NCBI GenBank assembly: GCA_951406725.2 | Contig: OX597819.1 | Span: 682,001 to 746,000, forward strand | Length of the DNA stretch: 64,000 nt | DNA from: Octopus vulgaris | Taxonomy: Eukaryota | Direction: 5' to 3' | Part shown: one piece after another, positions 63,470 through 64,000 of the stretch | Layout of the letters: every line of letters starts with the position of its first letter | Position numbering within the stretch: position 1 is the first letter of the stretch | The notes under the pieces: model-generated | Told to the model about the DNA's origin: nothing | Seen by the model: the letters and a program-made list of their open reading frames with translations, nothing else | The model's database searches: none | Program-made: the position numbers and the translations under genes

Positions 63470-64000
63470 GAATGCATGTGTGAGTGTGTGTGTTTGTGTC
63501 TGCTAGTCTTGTAAGATAGCTAACAGCTAACCATGGATACAAGTAATACAATATTACTCAAAAGTTCCACATTTTACTTGGTAGCAAATGCAGTTTGTGT
63601 GCAAAAACAGATTAGCATTGCAGTAGTGGTGACAGACTCATGAAACACTGGGTGAATTTTTTAAATAAAGTTCATTAAAATCAATCCATAAGTGTTTATT
63701 TATATCATTCTAACACAATGTTAAGAATTTAGTGAAAGTATTTAAAGGAAAGTGTTTACATTCTGTATTATGTCTTAATATCCTTACTTAGGGAAGGCTG
63801 ATGGCAGTATTTCCATATGTTCACAAGTAAATTTTTAAAAAATCATTTCTAAACAATAAAATGCAAAGGTCCATAATATATACAAGAAAAAGCAATGAGC
63901 TGATAGAATCATTAGCAAGTCTGACAAAAAGGCTTAGTGGTATTTCTTCTGGCTCTTTATGTTCTAGGTTCAAATTCTGCTAAAGTTGACTACCTTTCAT

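Overview
AT-rich eukaryotic genomic DNA. The repeat repertoire (tRNA-head SINEs, RTE/CR1-type LINEs, long TA microsatellites) is typical of an octopus or other coleoid cephalopod, which is my inference and not a database result. The window lies inside a minus-strand unc-76/FEZ gene: three small GT-AG exons that splice in frame (58416-58308, 35649-35497, 29235-29124) and are missed by the ORF track. The rest is intron-like and packed with transposable elements, with a 100-N gap at 2679-2778 and a near-identical duplication (1-2678 = 30276-32968). Most notable: (1) a 539-bp non-coding tandem unit carrying a type I hammerhead ribozyme, five copies in tandem plus inverted Penelope/retrozyme-like arrangement, and further unrelated hammerhead-bearing small repeats; (2) a near full-length CR1-like LINE whose frameshift-corrected ORF1 has a Myb/SANT trihelix-like domain and a CCCH finger, behind a modular ~17-unit 5' repeat array; (3) a covarying 3'-terminal stem-loop shared by two LINE families and the dominant SINE; (4) a 132-bp near-perfect intronic hairpin. 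All calls were made by eye.
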